Assembly: GCA_016217965.1 (NCBI GenBank)
Contig: JACRFI010000002.1
Location: 1-60,294 of the forward strand
From: Candidatus Kaiserbacteria bacterium
Lineage (GTDB): Bacteria; Patescibacteriota; Minisyncoccia; Phycocordibacterales; UBA2100
Direction: 5' to 3'
Length of the DNA stretch: 60,294 nucleotides
Numbering within the stretch: position 1 is the first letter of the stretch; the number at the start of each line of letters is the position of its first letter. Below the pieces are notes generated by a model. That model was given only the letters and a program-made list of their open reading frames with translations. It ran no database searches and was not told where the DNA came from. Of this stretch, positions 52,482 through 60,294 are shown piece after piece. The position numbers and the translations under genes were made by a program.

Positions 52482-52580
52482 TTAGAAGTCAAAAGGCAAA
52501 AGTCAGAAGTTACTGTTATAATCCCGCCATGTATTTCTGTTTTTCCTATAAGCTAGAAGTTAGCACCTAGAAGCTATGAT
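52482..52580. repeat. two adjacent period-7 arrays upstream of, and running into, the 52576 start codon
   Basis: First array: ttagaag tcaaaag gcaaaag tcagaag (52482-52509). Second array: ctataag ctagaag ttagcac ctagaag ctATGat (52546-52580). Confidence 0.7.
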
Positions 52581-53196
52581 ACTCACGTACCACGAGGGAG
52601 AATGCATACGCGCGAGCGCGGGGGACACAACATTGGTTCTCGGCCCCATCTCAAAAGCAAGCAAGAACTTTAAGCCGACAAATTTTGGTGCCGATGTCGC
52701 GTTCGTTTCTCTCAATCATCCCGACATGAACGGCGCAGCCGAAGCAAGCCGTGGAGAGAAGCAGCCGTTCATTATTTTGGGGCCTGGAGAATATGAAGTG
52801 AAAGGCATTACGGTAGCCGGATTTCCATCGAAATCGAAATATGGGGGCGAGGAAAAAATAAATACGGTGTACGCGATAGATTTTGACGGCCTATCTGTTT
52901 TTTACCTCGGCGCTATTTCCGAACCTGAGTTGCCCAAGGACCTCTTGGAGATGGATGCCCCGGATATCGTCATTCTTCCGATAGGGGGCGGCGAAGTGCT
53001 TTCTCCAGCTGATGCCCAAAAACTTGCGGTGATGCTCGAAGCAAAGATCGTGATTCCTGTCCACTATGATGCGAAGACATTGAAGGTCTTCTTGAAGGAG
53101 GCAGGAGATGAGGCCGTGAAGCCAATCGAAAAGCTTACGTTGAAACCGAAGGACATTGTGGGGAAAGAGAATGAAGTCGTCGTTCTTAGCGTCTAG
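52576..53196 (+). CDS. MBL-fold metal-dependent hydrolase (UPF0173-like)
   Basis: 206 aa. The beta-lactamase-fold pattern is visible (DVAFVSLNHPDMNG; ILPIGGG; VIPVHYD). The assignment has moderate support. Confidence 0.55.
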   Translation: MILTYHEGECIRASAGDTTLVLGPISKASKNFKPTNFGADVAFVSLNHPDMNGAAEASRGEKQPFIILGPGEYEVKGITVAGFPSKSKYGGEEKINTVYAIDFDGLSVFYLGAISEPELPKDLLEMDAPDIVILPIGGGEVLSPADAQKLAVMLEAKIVIPVHYDAKTLKVFLKEAGDEAVKPIEKLTLKPKDIVGKENEVVVLSV

Positions 53197-53220
53197 CTTC
53201 TAGGGGCTAGTTTCTAGTTT
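53193..53220. repeat. period-7 CTAG array
   Basis: ctagctt ctagggg ctagttt ctagttt. The first TAG (53194-53196) is the stop of the MBL-fold gene. Confidence 0.75.
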
Positions 53221-53250
53221 TCGTGCAATAATGTAGCGGCGTGCATTTTC

Positions 53251-53280
53251 CTAGGAGCTAAAAGCTAGCAACTAGAAGCT
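53251..53280. repeat. period-7 CTAG array
   Basis: ctaggag ctaaaag ctagcaa ctagaag ct. Ends 6 nt before the ATG at 53287. Confidence 0.75.
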
Positions 53281-53286
53281 TTTCAT

Positions 53287-53643
53287 ATGGTTCTCCAAAA
53301 AGCAGTCGACAATCTGAAGGATAAGTCGAACGACGAGAAAAAAGCCGTCGCAAGCGGTGTTGCCATCGGCGTTGTCGTAATTCTTCTTGCGGCGTGGGGC
53401 TTTCTTTTCGTGAAGAAATTGCAGAAAGGGACAGAGCTGCAGCTTGGTGGGGGCGCTCAATCGGAATTTGATTTTGAGTCGGTCAAGAAAGCGCAACAGC
53501 AGCTGAAGCAAGATTTCCAGTACTCCGCAGACGAACTTCGTGCCATCAGGGATTCTGCTGTTTCGGGGCAGGTTGGCACGGAAGTGCAGACAGGAGGGGG
53601 CTCGCAGAGTGAGCCGTTCGATGCTCCTCAGGACTCATTTTAA
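53287..53643 (+). CDS. hypothetical single-TM protein
   Basis: 118 aa. The TM helix is AVASGVAIGVVVILLAAWGFLFV, followed by a Q/E-rich tail. No family recognised. Confidence 0.5.
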   Translation: MVLQKAVDNLKDKSNDEKKAVASGVAIGVVVILLAAWGFLFVKKLQKGTELQLGGGAQSEFDFESVKKAQQQLKQDFQYSADELRAIRDSAVSGQVGTEVQTGGGSQSEPFDAPQDSF

Positions 53644-53683
53644 GCTTTTTTCTGAGACGGTTTTGTGATAAAATGCGCGGCGA

Positions 53684-56179
53684 ATGGCTCGTAAGAATAC
53701 TCCAACTGATGTGGCTCCTCCAGCACGAGATCCTTCTCTCGGCGTTGTCGCACGCTCTATCACCACGGAGATGCGTGAATCGTATCTCGATTATGCGATG
53801 TCCGTCATCACGGCGCGCGCGCTTCCCGATGTACGCGATGGATTGAAACCGGTGCACCGCCGCATTCTTTTTGCGATGCAGGAATTGGGGCTCACAGCAT
53901 CAGCAAAAACGAGAAAATCTGCAACGGTCGTTGGCGAGGTTCTCGGCAAATACCACCCGCATGGCGATGCGGCTGTGTACGAATCGATGGTGAAAATGGC
54001 GCAAGATTTTACGCTGCGCTATCCGATGATCATCGGACAAGGAAACTGGGGTTCTATTGATGGGGATGCGGCAGCCGCAATGCGATACACGGAAGCAAAA
54101 ATGTCGCGCCTCGCAGGAGAGATGCTGAAAGATATCGAAAAAGACACCGTAGATTTTCGACCGAACTATGACAACACAAAGCAAGAGCCAACAGTCCTTC
54201 CCGCTGCCGCGCCAAATCTTCTCATCAATGGGACTCTCGGCATCGCGGTCGGGATGGCATCAAACATTCCCCCGCACAATCTTAGAGAAGCTTGCAATGC
54301 CGCCGTACATCTCATTGAGAATCCCGAGGCGACAACAGATGATCTCCTACAATTCATACAAGGTCCGGATTTTCCAACAGGCTGCATGGCGTTCAATCAG
54401 AAAGATCTCGCGCATGCCTATGCGACCGGGCGCGGGGGTGTCGTCGTGCGCGGGGATGCGGAGATAATAGAAGGGAAGAAAGAAGACTACAGCATCGTCA
54501 TCACATCTATTCCTTACCGCGTGAACAAAGCGGACCTTCTCCAAAAGATAGCGGACCTGGTACACGAGAAGAAACTTGAAGGCATCCGCGATGTGCGCGA
54601 TGAATCCACAAAAGACATCCGTGTTGTAGTGGAGTTGAAGAACAACGCCAACGCGCAGACGGTCCTTAACTACCTCTATAAACATACGCAACTGGAAGAA
54701 ACATTTCATTTCAATGTTGTCGCACTCGTTGACGGAGTTCCGCAAACACTTTCTCTTAAAGCGCTTCTCCAATCGTTCATCTTGCATCGAAAAGAGGTCG
54801 TCACGAGGCGCACGAAATTCGACCTGCGGAAAGCTGAAGAGAGGGAGCATATCCTCCTCGGCCTCAAGAAGGCGCTCGACCACATTGACGAGATCATCAA
54901 ACTCATCAAGAAATCGAAGGACGTGAATGATGCGCGGGCGTCTCTCATGAAGGTTTTCAAATTCTCAGAGATACAGGCGAATGCCATACTCGACATGCGC
55001 CTCCAAAAACTTGCCGGCCTCGAGCGAAAGAAAATAGAGGACGAACTTAAGGAAGTGCAGGCTCTCATCGAGGAACTCACCGCACTCCTTAAGAGCGAAA
55101 AGAAATTAATGGGCCTCATCGAGAAAGAAATTTCTGAGATCGGCGAGAAATATGGCGACGACCGTAGGACAAAAATTGTGAAGCGCGCAGCGCAGCTTCT
55201 TTCTGCCGAGGACTTGGTTGCCGATGAAGACTCTGTTCTTGTCTTAACGCAGGGCGGATACATCAAGCGGACGAACCCAAATGAATACCGCCGTCAGAAG
55301 CGGGGAGGGATCGGGGTAGTCGATCTGGATACTAAAGAGGAAGATTTTGTCACGCAGTTTTTGACCGCGAGCGCACACAGCGACCTTCTCTTTTTCTCTG
55401 ACAGGGGCAAGGCGTACCAGCTAAAAATGTACGAGCTCCCAGAAGGAAAGCGCGCGACCAAGGGCAAGTCCATCATGAACTTCCTCTCGCTTGAGCAGGG
55501 TGAAAGTATCACGTCAATTTTGCCAATGCCGAAGAACGTCAAAGGAAGTGACGGACTCTCTCTTCTTATGGCAACAAAGCAGGGGACCGTAAAGAAAACG
55601 GCGGCCGACAAATTCAGAGAAGTCCGCAGAAGCGGGCTGTTAGCGATTTCGCTGGATAAAGGTGACTCGCTCATTTCTGCCCAATTCGCGCGAAAAGGCG
55701 ATTCGGTCATTCTCACGACGGCAAAAGGCCAATCGATCCGCTTTGCAGAGGAAGAAGTTCGCGAGATGGGACGGCAGGCGGCGGGTGTGCGCGGCATGAG
55801 GCTTTCTTCAGGAGATTCCATCGTGGGCGCGGACGTGGTGCAAAAAGAGGCGAAAGATGGCTCACTTCTAGTTATTTCTTCCACTGGATATGGGAAGAAA
55901 ACGAAACTGTCTGAATATAAGATACAGGGGCGTGGCGGAAGCGGCATAAAAACCATGTCAATCACAGCAAAGACGAAACAGCTTGTCGGCGCAGCTGTGC
56001 TCATTGAAAAAGGCGGAGAACTCGTTGCGATGTCGAAAAAGAGCCAGACTATTCGAACAGGGCTCGATGAGATACCGACGCTCTCACGCGCGACGCAGGG
56101 CGTGCGCGTCATGAAAATGCGCGAAGGGGATCAGGTTGCATCTTTCGTTGTGTTTGGGGTTGTCGAGGGTGAAGAATAA
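53684..56179 (+). CDS. gyrA: DNA gyrase subunit A
   Basis: 831 aa. [32 protein letters not shown] (catalytic Tyr) and C-terminal beta-pinwheel repeats. Confidence 0.97.
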   Translation: MARKNTPTDVAPPARDPSLGVVARSITTEMRESYLDYAMSVITARALPDVRDGLKPVHRRILFAMQELGLTASAKTRKSATVVGEVLGKYHPHGDAAVYESMVKMAQDFTLRYPMIIGQGNWGSIDGDAAAAMRYTEAKMSRLAGEMLKDIEKDTVDFRPNYDNTKQEPTVLPAAAPNLLINGTLGIAVGMASNIPPHNLREACNAAVHLIENPEATTDDLLQFIQGPDFPTGCMAFNQKDLAHAYATGRGGVVVRGDAEIIEGKKEDYSIVITSIPYRVNKADLLQKIADLVHEKKLEGIRDVRDESTKDIRVVVELKNNANAQTVLNYLYKHTQLEETFHFNVVALVDGVPQTLSLKALLQSFILHRKEVVTRRTKFDLRKAEEREHILLGLKKALDHIDEIIKLIKKSKDVNDARASLMKVFKFSEIQANAILDMRLQKLAGLERKKIEDELKEVQALIEELTALLKSEKKLMGLIEKEISEIGEKYGDDRRTKIVKRAAQLLSAEDLVADEDSVLVLTQGGYIKRTNPNEYRRQKRGGIGVVDLDTKEEDFVTQFLTASAHSDLLFFSDRGKAYQLKMYELPEGKRATKGKSIMNFLSLEQGESITSILPMPKNVKGSDGLSLLMATKQGTVKKTAADKFREVRRSGLLAISLDKGDSLISAQFARKGDSVILTTAKGQSIRFAEEEVREMGRQAAGVRGMRLSSGDSIVGADVVQKEAKDGSLLVISSTGYGKKTKLSEYKIQGRGGSGIKTMSITAKTKQLVGAAVLIEKGGELVAMSKKSQTIRTGLDEIPTLSRATQGVRVMKMREGDQVASFVVFGVVEGEE

Positions 56180-56240
56180 TTGCCAACATAGTGTTGCTGT
56201 CCAGCAAGTTCGGCGATTTTTCGCTGTATAATGCGTAGCG

Positions 56241-56810
56241 ATGAATACGGAGCCTTCGGGGAAGCAGGCGGCGCCTTTTGCACACCCGCGACGGAACGTG
56301 GCAGCGCTCGGCATCCAGCCGGGCATGAAAATCGCGGATTTCGGCGCGGGAAGTGGCGCGTATGTGCACGCGATAGCAAATGAGCTATCCGGCAGTGGAA
56401 CGGTGTATGCCGTTGACGTCCAGAAAGACCTTTTGCGCAGAATAAAGAATGACGCGCTCAAGCGAGGGCTTCATAATGTGGAAGTCGTGTGGGCGGATAT
56501 CGAGAAGCCTGGCGCATCAAAGATAAAAGAGCACATGCTCGATCTGGTGCTTATCTCGAATCTTCTCTTTCAATTGCAGAACCACAAGGTCCCCTTCGTA
56601 GAAGCGCATCGCATTTTGAAAAAAGAAGGACGTCTCGCCGTCATTGATTGGAATGACTCGTATGGAGGCATCGGGCCAATAAAATCTCACGTGGTTCCAA
56701 AGGGTGAAGTGATATTGTTAGCGAACAATGCCGGGTTCGAGCTCGCGAGAGAATTTTCTGCCGGAACGCACCACTACGGCCTTATCTTCAGGGTGGCGAG
56801 GAACACGTAG
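56241..56810 (+). CDS. class I SAM-dependent methyltransferase
   Basis: 189 aa. Motif I is KIADFGAGSGAY, with an acidic residue after beta-2 (VYAVDV). The substrate is unknown. Confidence 0.7.
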   Translation: MNTEPSGKQAAPFAHPRRNVAALGIQPGMKIADFGAGSGAYVHAIANELSGSGTVYAVDVQKDLLRRIKNDALKRGLHNVEVVWADIEKPGASKIKEHMLDLVLISNLLFQLQNHKVPFVEAHRILKKEGRLAVIDWNDSYGGIGPIKSHVVPKGEVILLANNAGFELAREFSAGTHHYGLIFRVARNT

Positions 56811-56824
56811 TATCATTTGGATGT

Positions 56825-58123
56825 ATGTCGAAACTTTCTTTCTTCCAGATAGTCATACTCTCGGTCTTCGGAGCTCTCGCAATAGGCGGCGTCATGATAT
56901 TCGCGTTTGTTGTCGGAGGTTCGGGTGGTGAGGGCATTGGCGAAGTCGAGATATGGGGCACGCTCGATGCGGGAGCATTCTCTGTAGTTCTGCGGCAGCT
57001 CTCAGACGAGGATAGCCGCCTTAAGGCGGTCACCTACGTGCAGAAAGATGAAGCGACATTTTCACGGGATGTGACAGATGCTCTCGCTTCTGGCTCTGGG
57101 CCAGAGCTATTCATACTTCGGAACGATTATGCCGAGCGTGATGGCGCAAAGGCTGTGGCGATTCCATTTGCGTCGTTCTCGGAAGAGCAGTTCCAGAATA
57201 CGTTCATCGAGGCGGCCAGCCCGTTTGTGGGAGGGGATGGCATCCGAGGTGTGCCGTTCGCGGCAGACCCACTCGTCTTGTATTGGAATCGCGATCTTAT
57301 GGGGAGTGCGGGTTTCTCTCAAGCGCCACAATACTGGGGTGATTTTTATGACATCGCGTCGAAGGCGACGATGAAGGACGACACTAATACCGTAAAGAAA
57401 AGCGGCGTCGCGTTGGGTGAATATTCAAATGTGAATCACGCAAAGGATATTCTCGCGCTCCTCATATTGCAGGCTGGAGGCAGAATAACGTCGCGTGATA
57501 GCACGGGAAAACTCTCGACGGCGCTAGTGTCTCGTGCGGGGGACACACAGCAACCTTCAGAGTCTGCGGTCAGGTTCTTCACAGAATTCGCGAATCCTAT
57601 TAAGACGTACTATTCATGGAACCGTGCTCGCCCAGAGAGCAGACAGACGTTCGCGACAGGGGACTTGGCACTGTATGTAGGCCTTGCGAGCGAGGAGCCG
57701 TTGATACGCAGGCTGAATCCAAATTTGAATTTCGCGGTTGCCCCTGTGCCACAGATAAAGGGCGGGAATCGATCGCTGGATGTCGCGCATGTGTACGCAT
57801 TTGCTGTGCCGAAAGCAAGCGCGAACCGAGAGGGCGCACTTACTGTCGCGTACCTACTGGCTTCGCAAAAGCCATCTCAGCTTCTCTCTCAAGCGCTTGG
57901 CATCCCTTCGGCGAGAAGAGATGTCCTTGCTATGCCGCTTTCGGGGCGTGATGATCTATTTAATAAACAGGCCATTATCGCTCGCAGCTGGACAGACCCG
58001 GATCCGGAAAAGACGGATACAATATTTCGCGATATGATTGAATCCATCACCTCCGGCGCCGCGCGGCTTTCCGAGGCGATACAGCGCGCAGACCAGGCGA
58101 TGACGCAGCTTATGAGCATATGA
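56825..58123 (+). CDS. extracellular solute-binding protein (family 1, MalE-like), membrane anchored, with no adjacent permease
   Basis: 432 aa. N-terminal TM anchor. The pattern IWGTLD..., PELFILRNDY, PFAADPLVLYWNRDL and LALYVGLASE is typical of ABC substrate-binding proteins. Confidence 0.6.
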   Translation: MSKLSFFQIVILSVFGALAIGGVMIFAFVVGGSGGEGIGEVEIWGTLDAGAFSVVLRQLSDEDSRLKAVTYVQKDEATFSRDVTDALASGSGPELFILRNDYAERDGAKAVAIPFASFSEEQFQNTFIEAASPFVGGDGIRGVPFAADPLVLYWNRDLMGSAGFSQAPQYWGDFYDIASKATMKDDTNTVKKSGVALGEYSNVNHAKDILALLILQAGGRITSRDSTGKLSTALVSRAGDTQQPSESAVRFFTEFANPIKTYYSWNRARPESRQTFATGDLALYVGLASEEPLIRRLNPNLNFAVAPVPQIKGGNRSLDVAHVYAFAVPKASANREGALTVAYLLASQKPSQLLSQALGIPSARRDVLAMPLSGRDDLFNKQAIIARSWTDPDPEKTDTIFRDMIESITSGAARLSEAIQRADQAMTQLMSI

Positions 58124-58482
58124 TGCACCTTAGGCACAAAGCACAATTTACACTTGTCTTCTTACTTTGCTTTTGTGCCGTAGTTTTGCCGTTCGCATTT
58201 GCTGCAGCAGCAACAAGCCTAGAGAATCCCACGAAATTTCCGACCATCGAGAAATTCATCGAAGGTGTATTAAAGGCGGTGGTCTATATAGCACTTCCGG
58301 TCATTGCACTGTTCATGGTCTATGCCGGTTTCAAATATGTGTCTGCCAGAGGCGACATTGGAAAAATAAAAGAGGCTCACACAAATTTTCTGTACGTCGT
58401 TATTGGCGCAATTCTCATTCTTGGCGCGTGGGTGTTCGCAACATTGATTGGCGGCACGGTTTCGCAGCTTGTCGGGCCATGA
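58120..58482 (+). CDS. TrbC/VirB2-like pilin-type small membrane protein, paralogue 1
   Basis: 120 aa. Signal peptide ending AFAAAA, then two TM helices separated by the charged loop SARGDIGKIKEAHTN. ATGA overlaps on both sides. Confidence 0.6.
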   Translation: MMHLRHKAQFTLVFLLCFCAVVLPFAFAAAATSLENPTKFPTIEKFIEGVLKAVVYIALPVIALFMVYAGFKYVSARGDIGKIKEAHTNFLYVVIGAILILGAWVFATLIGGTVSQLVGP

Positions 58483-58871
58483 ATAAGAAGCTTTATATTG
58501 CTTCGGCGTTTTGTCTCACGTTCTTGCCAATTGCCGCCTCGGCTGCGTCGCCGAGAACCTATCGCGAGCTTGTCGTGTACATAGTGAATATCATGAATTA
58601 TGCGGTGGGAACGCTCATCATTCTCGGGCTTGTCATCTACCTGTTTGGAGCGGCACGAAATATCTTGAAGGCAAAAGATGGCGATTCGAGCGCCAGCCGG
58701 AAATTTCTTCTGATGGGCATTGCCATTCTTTTTGTAATGGTTTCTATTTGGGGCATTCTCGAACTTTTGCAAAACACATTCCTCTCCGGGGGTCTGTTTG
58801 ACCCGGGAGGTGGAGAAGAGACTATAGATGACTGCGCTTTCGGCGACCCGAGTTGTTCCATAGGTTTTTAA
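58479..58871 (+). CDS. TrbC/VirB2-like pilin-type small membrane protein, paralogue 2
   Basis: 130 aa from the internal ATG (MNKKLYIASAFCLTFLPIAASAAS). Two TM helices, the shared motif FVMVSIWGILELLQ, and a C-terminal Cys pair. Confidence 0.6.
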   Translation: MNKKLYIASAFCLTFLPIAASAASPRTYRELVVYIVNIMNYAVGTLIILGLVIYLFGAARNILKAKDGDSSASRKFLLMGIAILFVMVSIWGILELLQNTFLSGGLFDPGGGEETIDDCAFGDPSCSIGF

Positions 58872-58872
58872 T

Positions 58873-59169
58873 ATGCGTAACCGAGTTCATTCGCGTCTTC
58901 TCTCTATTGCGGTTTCGGCAGCGGTACTTCCGGGCATTGCCGGAGCGCTCACGATGCGGGAGGCATACGAGTCTGTATCGCCGCTTCTGTATGGCGCTAT
59001 TGGTTTTTTTGGCGCTGCCGCCGTCCTAGCGCTTGGTGGGGGATTGATCATATATTTCTCACGCATGGCACTCGACAATCGTGTGGAAGGGATAGACGTA
59101 ATGATCAAAGCCGTGCAAATTCTGTTTGTAGTCGTCATTCTCGTCGCGGTAGTGGCGCTCATTGAGTGA
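58873..59169 (+). CDS. pilin-type small membrane protein, paralogue 3
   Basis: 98 aa. Signal-like N-terminus, then two TM helices separated by SRMALDNRVEGID. Confidence 0.5.
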   Translation: MRNRVHSRLLSIAVSAAVLPGIAGALTMREAYESVSPLLYGAIGFFGAAAVLALGGGLIIYFSRMALDNRVEGIDVMIKAVQILFVVVILVAVVALIE

Positions 59170-59282
59170 CTCCGATCGGCATGCGTCTCGCGGGTCGCCT
59201 CTCTAGATGCATGTCTGCCTCCCTATAACTTATCCACACAGTAGAGTCTCAGGCGCGCGTGGACTGCCGAGAAGGGGATAGA

Positions 59283-59684
59283 ATGAGAGCACTTAGGAAC
59301 CATTTAATTTATTTTTCTATGAGCGCACGGTTTGCTTCGATAGTTGCCGCAGGAACACTGATACTTCCGGCAATCGCTTCTGCCCAGACTCTTCTCAATA
59401 CGTTGGCGCTCATCAATACGTTCCTCAACGCCCTCATCGGGCTTTTCATCACCCTCGCTATCGTCGCGTTCTTCTGGGGGCTCATCAAGTACCTCGTCAA
59501 CATGAACAACGAGTCGGCGAAGGAGGGCATTCAGATAATGCTCTGGGGCGTTATTGCTATCTTCGTCATGGTTTCTATCTGGGGAATCATTCGTCTCCTC
59601 CAGGCAACGTTCCGCGTGACTTCAACTGACCCGGTCATTCCGAAGGGTATACAGATAAATACGGGAGGGACAGGTTTCAATTGA
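59283..59684 (+). CDS. TrbC/VirB2-like pilin-type small membrane protein, paralogue 4
   Basis: The start was placed at the ATG after GAAGGGGA. Signal ...LILPAIASAQ, two TM helices, and the motif FVMVSIWGIIRLLQ shared with paralogue 2. Confidence 0.6.
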   Translation: MRALRNHLIYFSMSARFASIVAAGTLILPAIASAQTLLNTLALINTFLNALIGLFITLAIVAFFWGLIKYLVNMNNESAKEGIQIMLWGVIAIFVMVSIWGIIRLLQATFRVTSTDPVIPKGIQINTGGTGFN

Positions 59685-59720
59685 TGATCGAGTTCGTCAC
59701 TAAATCTCAAAGCGAGCGTA

Positions 59721-59820
59721 GTGCGAGAAAAGCTTCTGAAGGGGCTCTGCAGGCCGGCGGGCCGAAGCCCGAGCGATTTTTCAGCAGAAAAATTGCGTAC
59801 CCGGAAGAAGCTTTTCGCGC
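59721..59820. repeat. branched-hairpin intergenic repeat, copy B3 (reverse orientation)
   Basis: On the reverse complement: GCGAAAAGCTTCT...AGAAGCTTTTCTCGC outer stem, CAATTTTTC-TGCT-GAAAAATCG hairpin, and CGGGC-TTCG-GCCCG hairpin. Lies between pilin paralogues 4 and 5. Confidence 0.65.
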
Positions 59821-59838
59821 GCCTAGTGAGTAACACCT

Positions 59839-60156
59839 ATGGATGCTGGTGTCACATTGATGCAGAGGATAGACGAGCTGATACTACAGCCGACCATCTA
59901 TCTCATTTTGACGGCCGGGCTACTTGTCTTCATCTACGGGCTGGTCCAATTCATTTGGCATGTTCGCGAGGGCACGGATCATAAAGAGGGGCTTAACCAC
60001 ATGTTGTGGGGAATTATCGGGATGTTCATCATGGTGTCCGTGTACGGCATCATTAGCCTCATCATCAACACTATCGGCTCAGACCCAACCAATCCCGATG
60101 TGAGCCGCATCAATAACGTTACGCCAGCTTCAGGATTTTTCAGCCCTATCAAATAG
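59839..60156 (+). CDS. pilin-type small membrane protein, paralogue 5
   Basis: 105 aa. Two TM helices separated by HVREGTDHKEGLNH. The motif FIMVSVYGIISLI is related to paralogues 2 and 4. No obvious cleavable signal. Confidence 0.5.
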   Translation: MDAGVTLMQRIDELILQPTIYLILTAGLLVFIYGLVQFIWHVREGTDHKEGLNHMLWGIIGMFIMVSVYGIISLIINTIGSDPTNPDVSRINNVTPASGFFSPIK

Positions 60157-60294
60157 TGAGTATCTACAACGCTGCTCGAACCTATTTTAGCACCAACGCC
60201 GACTGACTCGCACGCACGCGCCGCGTGCGCTGTTGCTCCAACCCTGATCGTGCGCCCCGATCCGGTGGTGGCTCGTCCGCCCCCGCGCGGAGTA

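Noticed and set aside
1-60294. Alternative genetic code (UGA recoding, as in some candidate phyla)
   Set aside because: TGA terminates recognisable proteins at the expected lengths: the integrase tail at 147-149, the cyt-b5-like protein at 15700-15702, the cupredoxin-like protein at 43419-43421, ftsZ at 44566-44568 and pilin 1 at 58480-58482. No conserved gene needs read-through.

Overview
Densely packed bacterial chromosome fragment. It is dominated by small housekeeping genes: groES/groEL, lepA, murJ, valS, tsaD, tsaC, folC, pyrF/pyrE, trxB, ftsZ/ftsA, ybeY, rpsU, lepB, pth, rpsA and gyrA. It also carries 7 tRNA genes (none encodes CCA) and a type-A RNase P RNA that the ORF track cannot show. 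The gene style points to a CPR/Patescibacteria-like episymbiont, but this is inference only: many orphan small membrane proteins, tandem TrbC/VirB2-like pilin paralogues, a short ValRS and one giant surface protein. The standard genetic code applies, because TGA, TAA and TAG all terminate recognisable homologues at the expected lengths.

Accessory or unusual content:
- (1) Left end: an IS-type integrase fragment and a REP-associated tyrosine transposase (RAYT) with its own REP hairpins bracket groESL. Next to these lies a locus for a 1918-aa modular surface protein (Cys-rich head, RlpA-like DPBB module, eightfold DPDPGFEN array, long coiled coil, Ig-like tail), a small secreted paralogue of its head, and two secreted orphans.
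- (2) Right end: five tandem pilin-like two-TM paralogues downstream of an orphan solute-binding protein.
- (3) Several uncharacterised non-coding repeat systems: a 100-135-nt branched-hairpin repeat superfamily (5 copies) with compensatory substitutions; a second TIR-bounded 126-133-nt element placed directly upstream of two start codons; a ~60-nt conserved core in the 3' trailers of two tRNAs; and many short arrays of tandem heptamers ((C)TAGNNN)n at gene boundaries that put TAG in all reading frames.

No CRISPR array, rRNA or prophage was seen.
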